Source: Flavobacterium sp.
GTDB lineage: Bacteria; Bacteroidota; Bacteroidia; Flavobacteriales; Flavobacteriaceae
Assembly: GCF_044357305.1 (NCBI RefSeq)
Contig: NZ_JBIKPS010000009.1
Coordinates: 20,032 to 84,031, forward strand
Direction: 5' to 3'
DNA length: 64,000 bases
A program made the translations under genes and the position numbers. Positions 1-8,660 of this stretch are shown piece by piece (the first letter of the stretch is position 1; each line of letters opens with the position of its first letter). Under the pieces are notes generated by a model. The model worked only from the letters and a program-made list of their open reading frames with translations. It made no database searches and was not told the DNA's origin.

Positions 1-1
1 C

Positions 2-190
2 TGTGGCGAAAGCATGTTTTCTAAAGTGCCAAATGCCAGTAAAGTTGCCTTTGTAAAGTTGATTGAATATTTAAAAGCAAACAATTACAAACTTTTAGAT
101 TGCCAAGTACACAACGACCATTTAGAAAAATTAGGTGCTTTTGAAATCTCCAGAGAACTATTCATGAAGATTTTAAAAACTGCAAACTGA
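2..190 (+). CDS. aat: Leucyl/phenylalanyl-tRNA-protein transferase, C-terminal part (runs off window start)
   Basis: Hand translation of frame 2 gives CGESMFSKVPNASKVAFVKL...LLDCQVHNDHLEKLGAFEISRELF..TGA; the GESMFS/ASKVA/LLDCQ/HL..LGA motifs are typical of Aat. Confidence 0.9.
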   Translation, partial: CGESMFSKVPNASKVAFVKLIEYLKANNYKLLDCQVHNDHLEKLGAFEISRELFMKILKTAN

Positions 191-200
191 TCACTGACCA

Positions 201-761
201 CTAATCCCTCGTCCAGCAACCCTCTACATGATCGTTCACCATTCCGGTGGCTTGCATGTGTGCATAAACTACGGTAGTGCCTACAAATTTGAATCCGCGT
301 TTCTTTAAATCTTTACTTATAGCATCCGAAAGTGGGGTAGAAGCAGGAACCTCCTTAAGTGTTTTCGGATTGTTATCTATGGGTTTTCCGTCGGTAAATT
401 TCCAAATATAATTAGAGAAACTCCCGAACTCCTTTTGCACTTCTATAAATGCAATCGCATTAGCAACGGCGGCTCTTACTTTAAGTTTGTTTCTTATAAT
501 TCCGGCATCCAATAGCAATTCCTGAATTTTATCTTCCTCGTATTGCGCTACTTTTTGGTAATCAAAATCGGCAAAAGCCTTACGGAAATTATCTCGTTTT
601 TTCAAAACCATATACCAACTTAGCCCTGCCTGAAAGGTTTCCAATATTAAAAACTCAAAAAGTTGTTGGTCGTCATAAATAGGTTTCCCCCATTCTTCAT
701 CGTGATACTTCCGGTATAAATCATCTTTTTCGCACCAAGCACAACGGTTTTTTGTTTGCAT
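201..761 (-). CDS. tag: DNA-3-methyladenine glycosylase I
   Basis: RCAWC, YHDEEWG, LETFQAGLSW, IIRNKLK, GFKFVG and GMVNDH motifs. The ATG at 761 (MQTKNRC) is preferred over the ORF-track start at 809. Confidence 0.95.
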   Translation of the reverse strand: MQTKNRCAWCEKDDLYRKYHDEEWGKPIYDDQQLFEFLILETFQAGLSWYMVLKKRDNFRKAFADFDYQKVAQYEEDKIQELLLDAGIIRNKLKVRAAVANAIAFIEVQKEFGSFSNYIWKFTDGKPIDNNPKTLKEVPASTPLSDAISKDLKKRGFKFVGTTVVYAHMQATGMVNDHVEGCWTRD

Positions 762-846
762 TTTTAAATTAATTAGATATGGAATTACTTTGATTTTACT
801 ACAGTTCAAATATATTATTTTAAATAGTTACTAAATAAAAAAATAT

Positions 847-899
847 CCATTAAGATATTAAGTTGCATTAAGGCTTAATGAAACTTAATATCTTAATGG
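847..899. repeat. 53-bp near-perfect palindrome built from YATTAAG/CTTAATR boxes
   Basis: ccattaagatattaagttgcattaag-g-cttaatgaaacttaatatcttaatgg; arms match 25/26. Confidence 0.85.
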
Positions 900-917
900 T
901 TTAAAAAAAATTCTCCC

Positions 918-989
918 GCAGATTTCACAGACTACGCAGATTACCATTGATTTTTATAACCTTGAAATTAATAATCGGTGAAATCCGTG
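918..989. repeat. Short CRCAGAYT repeats with inverted AATCSGTG partners
   Basis: cgcagatt, cacagact and cgcagatt at 918-942; aatcggtg and aaatccgtg at 973-989. Confidence 0.65.
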
Positions 990-1005
990 TAAATAGAACA
1001 CTACG

Positions 1006-1047
1006 ACCTACAACCCAAAACCTAGAGCCCAGAACCCAAAACCCAAA
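1006..1047. repeat. 6 x 7-bp tandem repeat (RCCYAVA)
   Basis: acctaca acccaaa acctaga gcccaga acccaaa acccaaa. Confidence 0.75.
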
Positions 1048-1056
1048 TCTTTTCCT

Positions 1057-1064
1057 TATATTTG
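1057..1064 (+). promoter_or_regulatory. Bacteroidota -7 promoter element for the M3 peptidase gene
   Basis: TATATTTG matches TAnnTTTG, 18 nt upstream of the ATG at 1083. Confidence 0.6.
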
Positions 1065-1082
1065 TTTTCAAATGAACAACCT

Positions 1083-3197
1083 ATGAAAAAAATAATAACT
1101 TCCATTTTGATTACTACTACAGTACTAACTATGAATGCACAAAACAGTAAAGACAATGTCCTTTTAAAAGATTGGGCGGGCAATTATGGTGGCGTTCCTG
1201 CTTTTAACCAATACAAAGTTTCCGATTTAAAACCCGCTTTAGAGTTTGCAATGCAAGAAAAGTTGGATGAGGTAAACGCTATTGCCAATAACACCAAGCC
1301 TGCAACTTTTCTAAACACTATTGCTGCTTTGGAAAAAACCGGAAAAAAATTAAATAACGTTTATGCTGTTTACGGGATTTACAGTTCCAATATGAACAGC
1401 CCCGAATTTGAGCCCATAGAAGCCGAAATGGAACCAAAACTGGCCGAAATATCTGATAAAATCAACCAAAACACGAAATTATTTAAACGCATTCAAGCCG
1501 TTTATAATTCGAAAGACAAAGCCAAATTAACCAAAGAACAACAACGATTGGTTAAAGTAGTTTACGATAATTTTGTTTATGCGGGAGCCAAATTAGACGC
1601 TGCGACTAAGGCTAAAGTAAGTCTGTTAAACCAAGAACTAGCAGGATTATTCACCAAGTTCAGTCAGAATTTACTTTCCGAAGAAAACAACCAATACGTC
1701 GAAATAACTTCCGATGCCGACCTTGCAGGTTTAACACCCGAATTAAAAAGTGCTGCCGCTGCAAGTGCAACCGAACACAAACTTTCTAGTTTGGGAGCCG
1801 TTGCCAACACCCGTTCTTCGGTAGAGCCGTTTCTTACATATTCCAGCAACAGAGAATTGCGCGAAAAAGTATGGCGCATGTTTGTGAATCGTGGCGATAA
1901 TGGCAACGCACAAGACAACAATGCACTAATTACGCAAATTCTTACCCTTCGTGCACAACGCTCTAAACTAATGGGATTTGCTTCCCATGCCCATTGGAAA
2001 TTGTCCAATACTATGGCGAAAGATCCTGCCAATGCCATGAAATTAATGATGGACATCTGGAAACCTGCCGTAGCACAAGTGAAAGTTGAAGTTGCCGACA
2101 TGCAAAAAATTGTAGATGCCGAAGGTGGTACCTTTAAAATCCAACCTTGGGATTACCGCTATTATGCTGAAAAAGTTCGAAAAGACAAATACGATCTAGA
2201 CCAAAACCAAGTAAAACAATACCTGCAATTAGACAAATTGCGCGAAGGAATGTTTTGGGTTGCTGGAGAATTATTCGACCTAAAATTTGTAAAAGTTACC
2301 GATGTTCCGGTGTACCAAGAAGACGTTACCGTATACCATGTGATTAATAAAACCAACGGAAAAAATGTAGGTCTTTGGTATTTTGATCCTTATGCACGCA
2401 AAGGAAAACGCTCTGGTGCTTGGATGAACGAATACCGTACCCAAGAAAAATTCAATGGCGAAGTACCAACAATTGTTTCTAATAATGCTAATTTTATCAA
2501 GGCTGCCCCAGGCGAACCCGTACTTATTTCATGGGACGATGCCAGCACTTTATTCCACGAATTTGGTCATGCCCTTCACGGTTTGTGTTCCAACGTAAAC
2601 TATCCAACCCTTGCAGGAACTAATGTTGCCAGAGATTACGTAGAATTCCCATCCCAAATACTAGAAAACTGGCTATCCACACCCGAAGTCTTAAAAAACT
2701 ATGCACTGCACTACAAAACCAACCAGCCAATGCCGCAAGCCTTGTTGGATAAAATTGAAAAAGCATCCCATTTCAATGCAGGTTTCAATACGGTTGAGTT
2801 AATTTCAAGTGCCTTAATCGATATGAAATTACACATGGAAGGAACCAAAACCATTAATCCAGATGCTTTTGAAACCACCATTTTAGCCGAGTTAAACATG
2901 CCGTCCGAAATCGTAATGCGCCATCGCACCCCACAATTTGGGCATATTTTTTCTGGCGACGGATATTCCGCGGGATACTACAGTTACCTGTGGGCCGACG
3001 TAATTTGTACCGACGCCTACGAAGCTTTCACTGAAGCCAAAGGGCCTTACGACAAAGAAGTAGCCAAACGCCTTTTAAAATTCGTTTTCAGCTCCGGAAA
3101 CACCACCGATCAAGGCGATGCCTTCCGTACTTTCCGAGGTAGAGATGCCAAAGTAGACGCCCTTATGCGTTCCAAAGGATTTCCAATGGTTAAGTAA
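1083..3197 (+). CDS. M3 family metallopeptidase (peptidyl-dipeptidase Dcp/oligopeptidase A-like), secreted
   Basis: HEFGHALH zinc motif, RDYVEFPSQ, FGHIF.G.GYSAGYYSY; N-terminal signal peptide MKKIITSILITTTVLTMNA. Start placed at 1083 because the promoter overlaps 1062. Confidence 0.92.
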   Translation: MKKIITSILITTTVLTMNAQNSKDNVLLKDWAGNYGGVPAFNQYKVSDLKPALEFAMQEKLDEVNAIANNTKPATFLNTIAALEKTGKKLNNVYAVYGIYSSNMNSPEFEPIEAEMEPKLAEISDKINQNTKLFKRIQAVYNSKDKAKLTKEQQRLVKVVYDNFVYAGAKLDAATKAKVSLLNQELAGLFTKFSQNLLSEENNQYVEITSDADLAGLTPELKSAAAASATEHKLSSLGAVANTRSSVEPFLTYSSNRELREKVWRMFVNRGDNGNAQDNNALITQILTLRAQRSKLMGFASHAHWKLSNTMAKDPANAMKLMMDIWKPAVAQVKVEVADMQKIVDAEGGTFKIQPWDYRYYAEKVRKDKYDLDQNQVKQYLQLDKLREGMFWVAGELFDLKFVKVTDVPVYQEDVTVYHVINKTNGKNVGLWYFDPYARKGKRSGAWMNEYRTQEKFNGEVPTIVSNNANFIKAAPGEPVLISWDDASTLFHEFGHALHGLCSNVNYPTLAGTNVARDYVEFPSQILENWLSTPEVLKNYALHYKTNQPMPQALLDKIEKASHFNAGFNTVELISSALIDMKLHMEGTKTINPDAFETTILAELNMPSEIVMRHRTPQFGHIFSGDGYSAGYYSYLWADVICTDAYEAFTEAKGPYDKEVAKRLLKFVFSSGNTTDQGDAFRTFRGRDAKVDALMRSKGFPMVK

Positions 3198-3198
3198 T

Positions 3199-3586
3199 GT
3201 CATTGCGAGGAACGAAGCATTCTCATCATTATCCACACTATTTATTAGAAGCGAATGGCTTGCGCATTTTAGTAAACGTCATTCCCGCTATCCATTACAA
3301 TAAAATAGGTCCCGAAAAAAATCGGGACCTATTTTATTTTCATTTCTATCGGGGCTATTTAGTAGTGGTATTGAATAGAGGCAAAATTTCTAAGAAACTT
3401 CCCCACCAAGTTGTCCTTGCTAGGCACGAAGCAATCCCCAGACATAATAAACCCACCAAAATCACTTTTGTTGTTTTCTATTGTTTTAATAAGTAAAACC
3501 TCAAAAACTTTTGTGCCTTTTGTGGTAAAAAATCCGTGCTAATCCGCGTTGCAAAAGCATCCGTTTCATCCGCGTTCCATCCAAAG
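3199..3586. repeat. Composite intergenic repeat mosaic (GTCATTGCGAGG module, CCCGC...CGGGGCTA module with central hairpin, diverged copy of the 300-bp element, AATCCGCG module)
   Basis: Segments align by eye with 26401-26640, 31956-32270 and 33480-33660; perfect 14-bp hairpin at 3302-3335. Confidence 0.8.
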
Positions 3587-3664
3587 CAAAGTATCTAAAT
3601 AATCTCAAAGGTTAAACCCACGGAAACTCCATTATAATAAACCATACCAAAAAAAAGGAAAAAC

Positions 3665-3697
3665 AAAAAACCTCGTTTCCATTAAGAAACGAGGTTC
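3665..3697 (-). terminator. Intrinsic terminator of the rplM-rpsI-rpsB-tsf operon
   Basis: Stem cctcgtttc/gaaacgagg followed by a U-tract on the minus strand. Confidence 0.75.
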
Positions 3698-3710
3698 AAT
3701 ATTTATTTCA

Positions 3711-3738
3711 GTACTTCGTACTTTGTATTTCGTACTTT
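3711..3738. repeat. 4 x 7-bp tandem repeat (GTAYTTY) just after the tsf stop
   Basis: gtacttc gtacttt gtatttc gtacttt. Confidence 0.75.
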
Positions 3739-3742
3739 GGAA

Positions 3743-4567
3743 TTATCCTAAAGCAACTCTACTAAATCCAGTAACAGTTAAACCTCCATCAACCGATTTA
3801 ACATAAGCAGCAACGCTCATAGAACCGTCTTTAATGTAATCTTGGTTAACTAAGGTATTGTCTTTGTAAAAACGTTGGATTTTACCTTTGGCGATATTGT
3901 CTAACATAGCTTCTGGTTTTCCTTCTTGACGCAATTGGTCTTTAGCGATTTCAATTTCTTTTTCAATGATAGATGCATCAACACCAGCTTCGTTTAAAGC
4001 AATTGGGTTCATTGCAGCAGCTTGCATTGCAACGTTTCTTGAAGCTTCTTCAGCACCTTCAACAGTAGCAGAAAGAGCAACTAAAGTAGCAATTTTGTTT
4101 CCAGCGTGAATGTAAGATCCAATAAAAGCACCATTCAATCTTGCGAAAGAAGCTACTTCAATTTTTTCTCCAATTACACCAGTTTGTTCGATTAATTTTT
4201 CAGCAACTGTGATTCCGTTGAAATCAGAAGCTAAAAATTCTTCTTTAGTAGCATAGTTTAATGCTTGGTTAGCTAATTCAGTAGCCAATTTTACGAAACC
4301 TTCGTTTTTTCCAACGAAGTCAGTTTCACAATTTAATGTGATAGCAACACCAGAGGTTTTGTCAGCACTTACAATAGCTATAGCAGCACCTTCAGTAGAT
4401 TCTCTGTCGGATCTGTTAGCAGCAACTTTTTGACCTTTTTTTCTAAGGTTTTCAATTGCTAAATCAAAATCTCCGTCCGATTCTACCAATGCTTTTTTGC
4501 AGTCCATCATACCTGCACCTGTGATAGTTCTTAATTTATTTACGTCTGCAGCAGTAATTGTTGCCAT
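3743..4567 (-). CDS. tsf: Elongation factor Ts
   Basis: LRTITGAGMMDCKKAL, LNCETDFV and NTLVNQDYIKD motifs. Confidence 0.98.
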   Translation of the reverse strand: MATITAADVNKLRTITGAGMMDCKKALVESDGDFDLAIENLRKKGQKVAANRSDRESTEGAAIAIVSADKTSGVAITLNCETDFVGKNEGFVKLATELANQALNYATKEEFLASDFNGITVAEKLIEQTGVIGEKIEVASFARLNGAFIGSYIHAGNKIATLVALSATVEGAEEASRNVAMQAAAMNPIALNEAGVDASIIEKEIEIAKDQLRQEGKPEAMLDNIAKGKIQRFYKDNTLVNQDYIKDGSMSVAAYVKSVDGGLTVTGFSRVALG

Positions 4568-4601
4568 TTTGTTTTTATTTTAAGATTAAAAATTTAAAAG
4601 T

Positions 4602-4696
4602 AAAAATTCCAATTAATAAATCCCAAATTCCAATTTTAATAAATCATCAAATTTTGATGATTATTTGGAACTTGGAATTTACCTTTTGGAATTTTA
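4602..4696. repeat. Inverted stack of AAATTCCAA/TTGGAATTT repeats around a central hairpin
   Basis: Three aaat(t/c)ccaa units, the hairpin aatcatcaa-att-ttgatgatt (4642-4662), then three ttggaa units; fills the rpsB-tsf spacer. Confidence 0.75.
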
Positions 4697-4702
4697 ATTT
4701 AT

Positions 4703-5575
4703 TTATTCTTCTGTTTTAGTTTCTTCAGTAGCTTCTGCTTCTGTAGCCACTTCTACTTCTGCAACTGGTGCCTCAGCAACAGCAACTTCTTCAGTAGCAA
4801 CAACAGCAACTTCTTCTACAACTGCAGCAACTTCTGGAGCAGCAACAACTTCCGCTTCTGGAGATTCTTCTCCGTCTTTTTCAGATGTTCTGTTAGCCAA
4901 TCCGTCTTTTACAGCATCAGTAACTAAAGTTAAAATTTTATCAATTGATTTAGAAGCATCATCATTGGATGGAATAACGTAATCTACTTCACGTGGATCA
5001 GAGTTAGTATCAACCATTGCGAAAACTGGAATGTTTAATTTTTGTGCTTCTTTTATTGCGATGTGTTCAGCTTTGATATCTACTACAAATAATGCAGCAG
5101 GTAATCTAGACATGTCAGAGATAGAACCTAAGTTTTTCTCAAGCTTAGCACGAAGACGATCTACTTGAAGTCTTTCTTTTTTAGAAAGCGTCATGAAAGT
5201 ACCATCTTTTTTCATTCTATCAATAGTAGCCATTTTTTTAACGGCTTTACGGATAGTAACGAAGTTTGTTAACATACCTCCAGGCCATCTTTCAGTGATG
5301 TAAGGCATGTTACAAGCTAATGCTTTTTCTGAAACAATATCTTTTGCTTGTTTTTTGGTAGCTACGAAAAGTATTTTTCTACCAGATGCTGCAATTTTTT
5401 TCATAGCTTCTCCAGCTTCTTCAATTTTTGCAGCAGTTTTATATAGATTAATGATATGAATACCATTACGTTCCATATAAATGTAAGGAGCCATGTTTGG
5501 GTCCCATTTGCGAGTCATGTGTCCAAAGTGAACACCTGCTTCTAATAATTCTTTAACGTCAATTTTGTTTGCCAT
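4703..5575 (-). CDS. rpsB: 30S ribosomal protein S2, with acidic Ala/Val/Glu-rich C-terminal tail
   Basis: LLEAGVHFGH, WDPNM, RWPGGMLTNF and DTNSDP motifs. Confidence 0.98.
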   Translation of the reverse strand: MANKIDVKELLEAGVHFGHMTRKWDPNMAPYIYMERNGIHIINLYKTAAKIEEAGEAMKKIAASGRKILFVATKKQAKDIVSEKALACNMPYITERWPGGMLTNFVTIRKAVKKMATIDRMKKDGTFMTLSKKERLQVDRLRAKLEKNLGSISDMSRLPAALFVVDIKAEHIAIKEAQKLNIPVFAMVDTNSDPREVDYVIPSNDDASKSIDKILTLVTDAVKDGLANRTSEKDGEESPEAEVVAAPEVAAVVEEVAVVATEEVAVAEAPVAEVEVATEAEATEETKTEE

Positions 5576-5730
5576 TGTGTAATAGTTTACGTTCCGTTGA
5601 TTAGCAATGTGTTTTTTTAGTTTAGATGTTTATTCGTTTAGAAGTTTATTTTAAACTCTTAAACTTTTCTGAAACCTTTAACCCATTTAGATGCTAAACT
5701 AATTCCCTTTTGAAAAGGAATATCGACAAC
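5576..5730 (-). promoter_or_regulatory. Putative structured rpsB leader (S2 autoregulation candidate)
   Basis: 220-nt rpsI-rpsB spacer containing a hairpin (ttccttttcaaaagggaa) and possible long-range pairing tttagca..ttgctaa. Its position matches rpsB leaders known in other bacteria; the structure was not computed. Confidence 0.35.
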
Positions 5731-5796
5731 TTTGTTTTAAATTCAATTTTAATTGTAAAAAGGTATTTGAAAAAATATTCGGATAAATTTTGAATA

Positions 5797-6183
5797 TTAA
5801 CGTTTCGAGAATTGGAATCTCTTACGTGCTTTTTTCTGACCGAATTTTTTACGTTCTACCATTCTTGGATCTCTTGTTAGTAATCCTTCTGGTTTTAAGA
5901 TAGCTCTGTTTCCTTCGCCAACTTCACACATTACTCTTGCTAAAGCCATTCTTACAGCTTCTGCTTGTCCTGTTGAACCACCACCGTAAACGTTTACTTT
6001 TACATCATAGTTGTTTACATTTTCTGTCATAGACATTGGTTGTAAAACTTTGTACTGTAAAGTAGCAGTTGGGAAGTAAGTTGCAAATTCTTTTTTGTTT
6101 ACGGTAATAATACCTGTTCCTTCTTGAACATAAACACGTGCAACTGCACATTTTCTTCTACCGATTTTGTGAATAACTCCCAT
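5797..6183 (-). CDS. rpsI: 30S ribosomal protein S9
   Basis: IGRRKCAVARV, GGGSTGQAEAVR and C-terminal KKARKRFQFSKR. Confidence 0.98.
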   Translation of the reverse strand: MGVIHKIGRRKCAVARVYVQEGTGIITVNKKEFATYFPTATLQYKVLQPMSMTENVNNYDVKVNVYGGGSTGQAEAVRMALARVMCEVGEGNRAILKPEGLLTRDPRMVERKKFGQKKARKRFQFSKR

Positions 6184-6638
6184 TACTTTAAGTCGTTAAG
6201 GTTAACGGTTTTTGGTTGTTGAGCGCCATGTTTGTGCTCAGTACCAACATTTACATCTAAATTACGGAATAATTGCGCACCTAATTTATTTTTAGGTAAC
6301 ATTCCTTTTACAGCTTTTTCTACTAGTAATGCAGGGTTTTTTTGTTGCATTACTTTGGCAGTCAAACTTCTTTGCCCTCCTGGATAACCTGTGTGACGAA
6401 TGTAAGTTTTTTCGTCAAGTTTGTTTCCAGTTAAATTAATTTTCTCTGAGTTGATAACAATTACGTTATCTCCACAGTCAACGTGTGGTGAATAACTTGG
6501 CTTGTATTTACCTCTTAAAAGCATCGCGACTTTAGAAGCAAAACGACCTAAGTTATGACCTTCAGCGTCTACAACAATCCACTCTTTAGTAACGGTGGCT
6601 TTGTTGGCAGAAACTGTTTTGTAGCTTAATGCGTCCAT
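6183..6638 (-). CDS. rplM: 50S ribosomal protein L13
   Basis: WIVVDAEG..LGR, PHVDCGDNVIVIN, HTGYPGG and AVKGMLPKNKLG. Confidence 0.98.
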   Translation of the reverse strand: MDALSYKTVSANKATVTKEWIVVDAEGHNLGRFASKVAMLLRGKYKPSYSPHVDCGDNVIVINSEKINLTGNKLDEKTYIRHTGYPGGQRSLTAKVMQQKNPALLVEKAVKGMLPKNKLGAQLFRNLDVNVGTEHKHGAQQPKTVNLNDLK

Positions 6639-6681
6639 AATATTATTTTAATTAAACATTCCATTCCCAATTACGGGAGTG

Positions 6682-6712
6682 CAAAAGTACAATTATTTAT
6701 TATATATACAAA
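6682..6712 (-). promoter_or_regulatory. Housekeeping promoter of the rplM operon
   Basis: Minus strand TTTG-N19-TACTTTTG matches the Bacteroidota -33/-7 consensus. Confidence 0.8.
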
Positions 6713-6776
6713 TAGGTTTCTGTTTTTCTTTTTGGTTGAATTATAGATATATACAAAAGTTATGTAATTTTCTGTT

Positions 6777-6836
6777 TAGCCCTGATTGAACGGTTAGCTC
6801 TGTAACGAAGTGGAAGACTAAAAGTGAAAGCAGGAA
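6777..6836. repeat. REP-like element (TAGCCCTGATT...AAAGCAGGAA), opposite orientation to the CCCGC...CGGGGCTA module
   Basis: Ends resemble the reverse complement of the modules at 3282-3357 and 31990-32089. Confidence 0.5.
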
Positions 6837-6913
6837 AATGGATGGTAAATAATGCCTAATGCTTACGCTTCTTATTATTTTTTTCTTATTTTTACATCTT
6901 ATTTATTTTTCAA

Positions 6914-7936
6914 ATGAAAACGAAAGCTACATTAAAACAGATTGCAAAGGAGTTAGGCGTTTCTGTCTCTACCGTTTCAAAGGCGTTGAACGACAGTCCG
7001 GAAATAAGTGATCCTACTAAAATTAGGGTGCAGGAGTATGCCAAACTTAAAAATTATAAACCAAATATTATTGGTTTGAATTTAAAAAATAGATCTACTA
7101 AAACTATTGGGGTTATTATTCCTAATATTTTGAATTCTTTTTTTGCTAAGGTTTTTACCGGAATTGAGAAAGTAGCGGATGAAAAAGGATATAAAGTGAT
7201 TACGTGCATTAGCAACGAATCTTTAGAAAAAGAAATTGGTGTTTTGGAAATGTTGAGTAACGGAACGATTGATGGTTTTCTTTTGTCGATTTCTAAAGAA
7301 GCTCAGAAAGCTCAAAAATTTGACCATTTTAAATCAATTATTAATGAAGGGACTCCAATTGTAATGTTTGATAGAATTGCAGATGAAGTTAATTGTGATA
7401 AAGTAATTGTAGATGATTTTGATAGTGCTATTAATGCCACTAATCATTTAATTGATACGGGTTGTAAAAATATTGCTTTGTTTTCGACTATTAAGCAATT
7501 GAGTGTGTCGAATTTAAGATCTCAAGGGTTTTATAAGGCATTTGAACAAAAAGGATTAAAGGTTAATGAAGATTTAATCATTCTTACGGATAATATAGAG
7601 GAATTTGACGAGAAAATTCAAGGTTTTTTTGATGCCAATTTGGTGGACGGTGTTTTTGCTTTAGACGAGCATACCTCAGTTAGTACGATGAAGATTGCTC
7701 TAAAGAAGGGGATGAAAATTCCAGAAGACCTTTCGATAATTGGTTTTGCCGATGGAGTTTGGTCTAGACGAATGACGCCAAGTTTATCTACCGTAAGTCA
7801 ACATGGACCAGAGATAGGGGAGGAAGCTGTTAAAATGCTTATCGAAAAGTTAGAAAGTAAAGAAGAAAATTATACGCATAGGACTGTAGTCATTAAGACC
7901 GAGTTGCGACAAAGAGACTCAACTAGGAAATTATAA
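6914..7936 (+). CDS. LacI family transcriptional regulator
   Basis: N-terminal HTH TLKQIAKELGVSVSTVSKALND plus a periplasmic-binding-protein-like domain (IGFAD, PSLSTVSQ). Confidence 0.95.
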   Translation: MKTKATLKQIAKELGVSVSTVSKALNDSPEISDPTKIRVQEYAKLKNYKPNIIGLNLKNRSTKTIGVIIPNILNSFFAKVFTGIEKVADEKGYKVITCISNESLEKEIGVLEMLSNGTIDGFLLSISKEAQKAQKFDHFKSIINEGTPIVMFDRIADEVNCDKVIVDDFDSAINATNHLIDTGCKNIALFSTIKQLSVSNLRSQGFYKAFEQKGLKVNEDLIILTDNIEEFDEKIQGFFDANLVDGVFALDEHTSVSTMKIALKKGMKIPEDLSIIGFADGVWSRRMTPSLSTVSQHGPEIGEEAVKMLIEKLESKEENYTHRTVVIKTELRQRDSTRKL

Positions 7937-8660
7937 CATTCTTTTCTTTGTCATCGTTCCAAGTGATGTAGCCAATTATTGCATTAAAGAAGTAAAAAAC
8001 ATATTTAATGGTGTTGGCAATGTTCAAAATCATAACGCTTTGTACAATTTTAGATAGGTTGTACAATTGCCACATGAACCAGTTGTCTGGGTACATTCGG
8101 CTATTGTTAAATGTGCCTCCAAAACTGATTCCTGCAGGAATTGCTATAGCAAAAAACAATTTCCAATCGATGGGTTTGTCACTAAAACAGGTAAATCCGA
8201 GGTAGTTTAGGATAAGCGAAAGTACCATTCCTAAGAATAAATTTCTGTAAAAAATTCCATCAATACTGTTGAGGACTCTTTTCTTTTTCCAGAATCGATA
8301 CGCAACATAATTCCCTACAAACGATATTGGATAGGTTAAAATTGCTGCGGCATTTCCTAAAAGATAATCGATAGCGCCACTCAAGGCGGTGTTTAAAGCT
8401 CCGATAAAATTCCCGACATTATTTTTTTTGGTTACTAATCGAGTGGATATCATAGAAAATCCAACATTCACTATGGAGAAAATACCTAATGGAAAGGTAT
8501 AGGTAATGCTATTAATGAGTATTGGAATTTCTGTTTTGTGGTATCCTAAAGTTATCGATCCTACCAAAACGATTACCAATCCTATAATATCTAGATATTG
8601 ACTATTAGTAATTGCCTTAATAGTTTGGATAGATTTTTGGGATAAAGAAAATAAAGCCAT
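7923..8660 (-). CDS. PnuC-like (nicotinamide riboside/vitamin) membrane transporter
   Basis: About 7 hydrophobic segments; GNFIGALN, ILTYPISF and PDNWFMWQLYN resemble the PnuC family. The start may be 8660 or 8678. Confidence 0.6.
   Translation of the reverse strand: MALFSLSQKSIQTIKAITNSQYLDIIGLVIVLVGSITLGYHKTEIPILINSITYTFPLGIFSIVNVGFSMISTRLVTKKNNVGNFIGALNTALSGAIDYLLGNAAAILTYPISFVGNYVAYRFWKKKRVLNSIDGIFYRNLFLGMVLSLILNYLGFTCFSDKPIDWKLFFAIAIPAGISFGGTFNNSRMYPDNWFMWQLYNLSKIVQSVMILNIANTIKYVFYFFNAIIGYITWNDDKEKNVIIS

Noticed and set aside
1664-2929. Antisense ORFs inside the M3 peptidase gene, and similar ones inside polA, nusA, infB, gpmI, DUF5916, the M1 peptidase and the act genes
   Set aside because: Shadow ORFs opposite or overlapping well-supported genes, with no motifs.
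3197-3496. 99-aa ORF after the M3 peptidase
   Set aside because: Composed of intergenic repeat modules and a hairpin; the composition is not protein-like.
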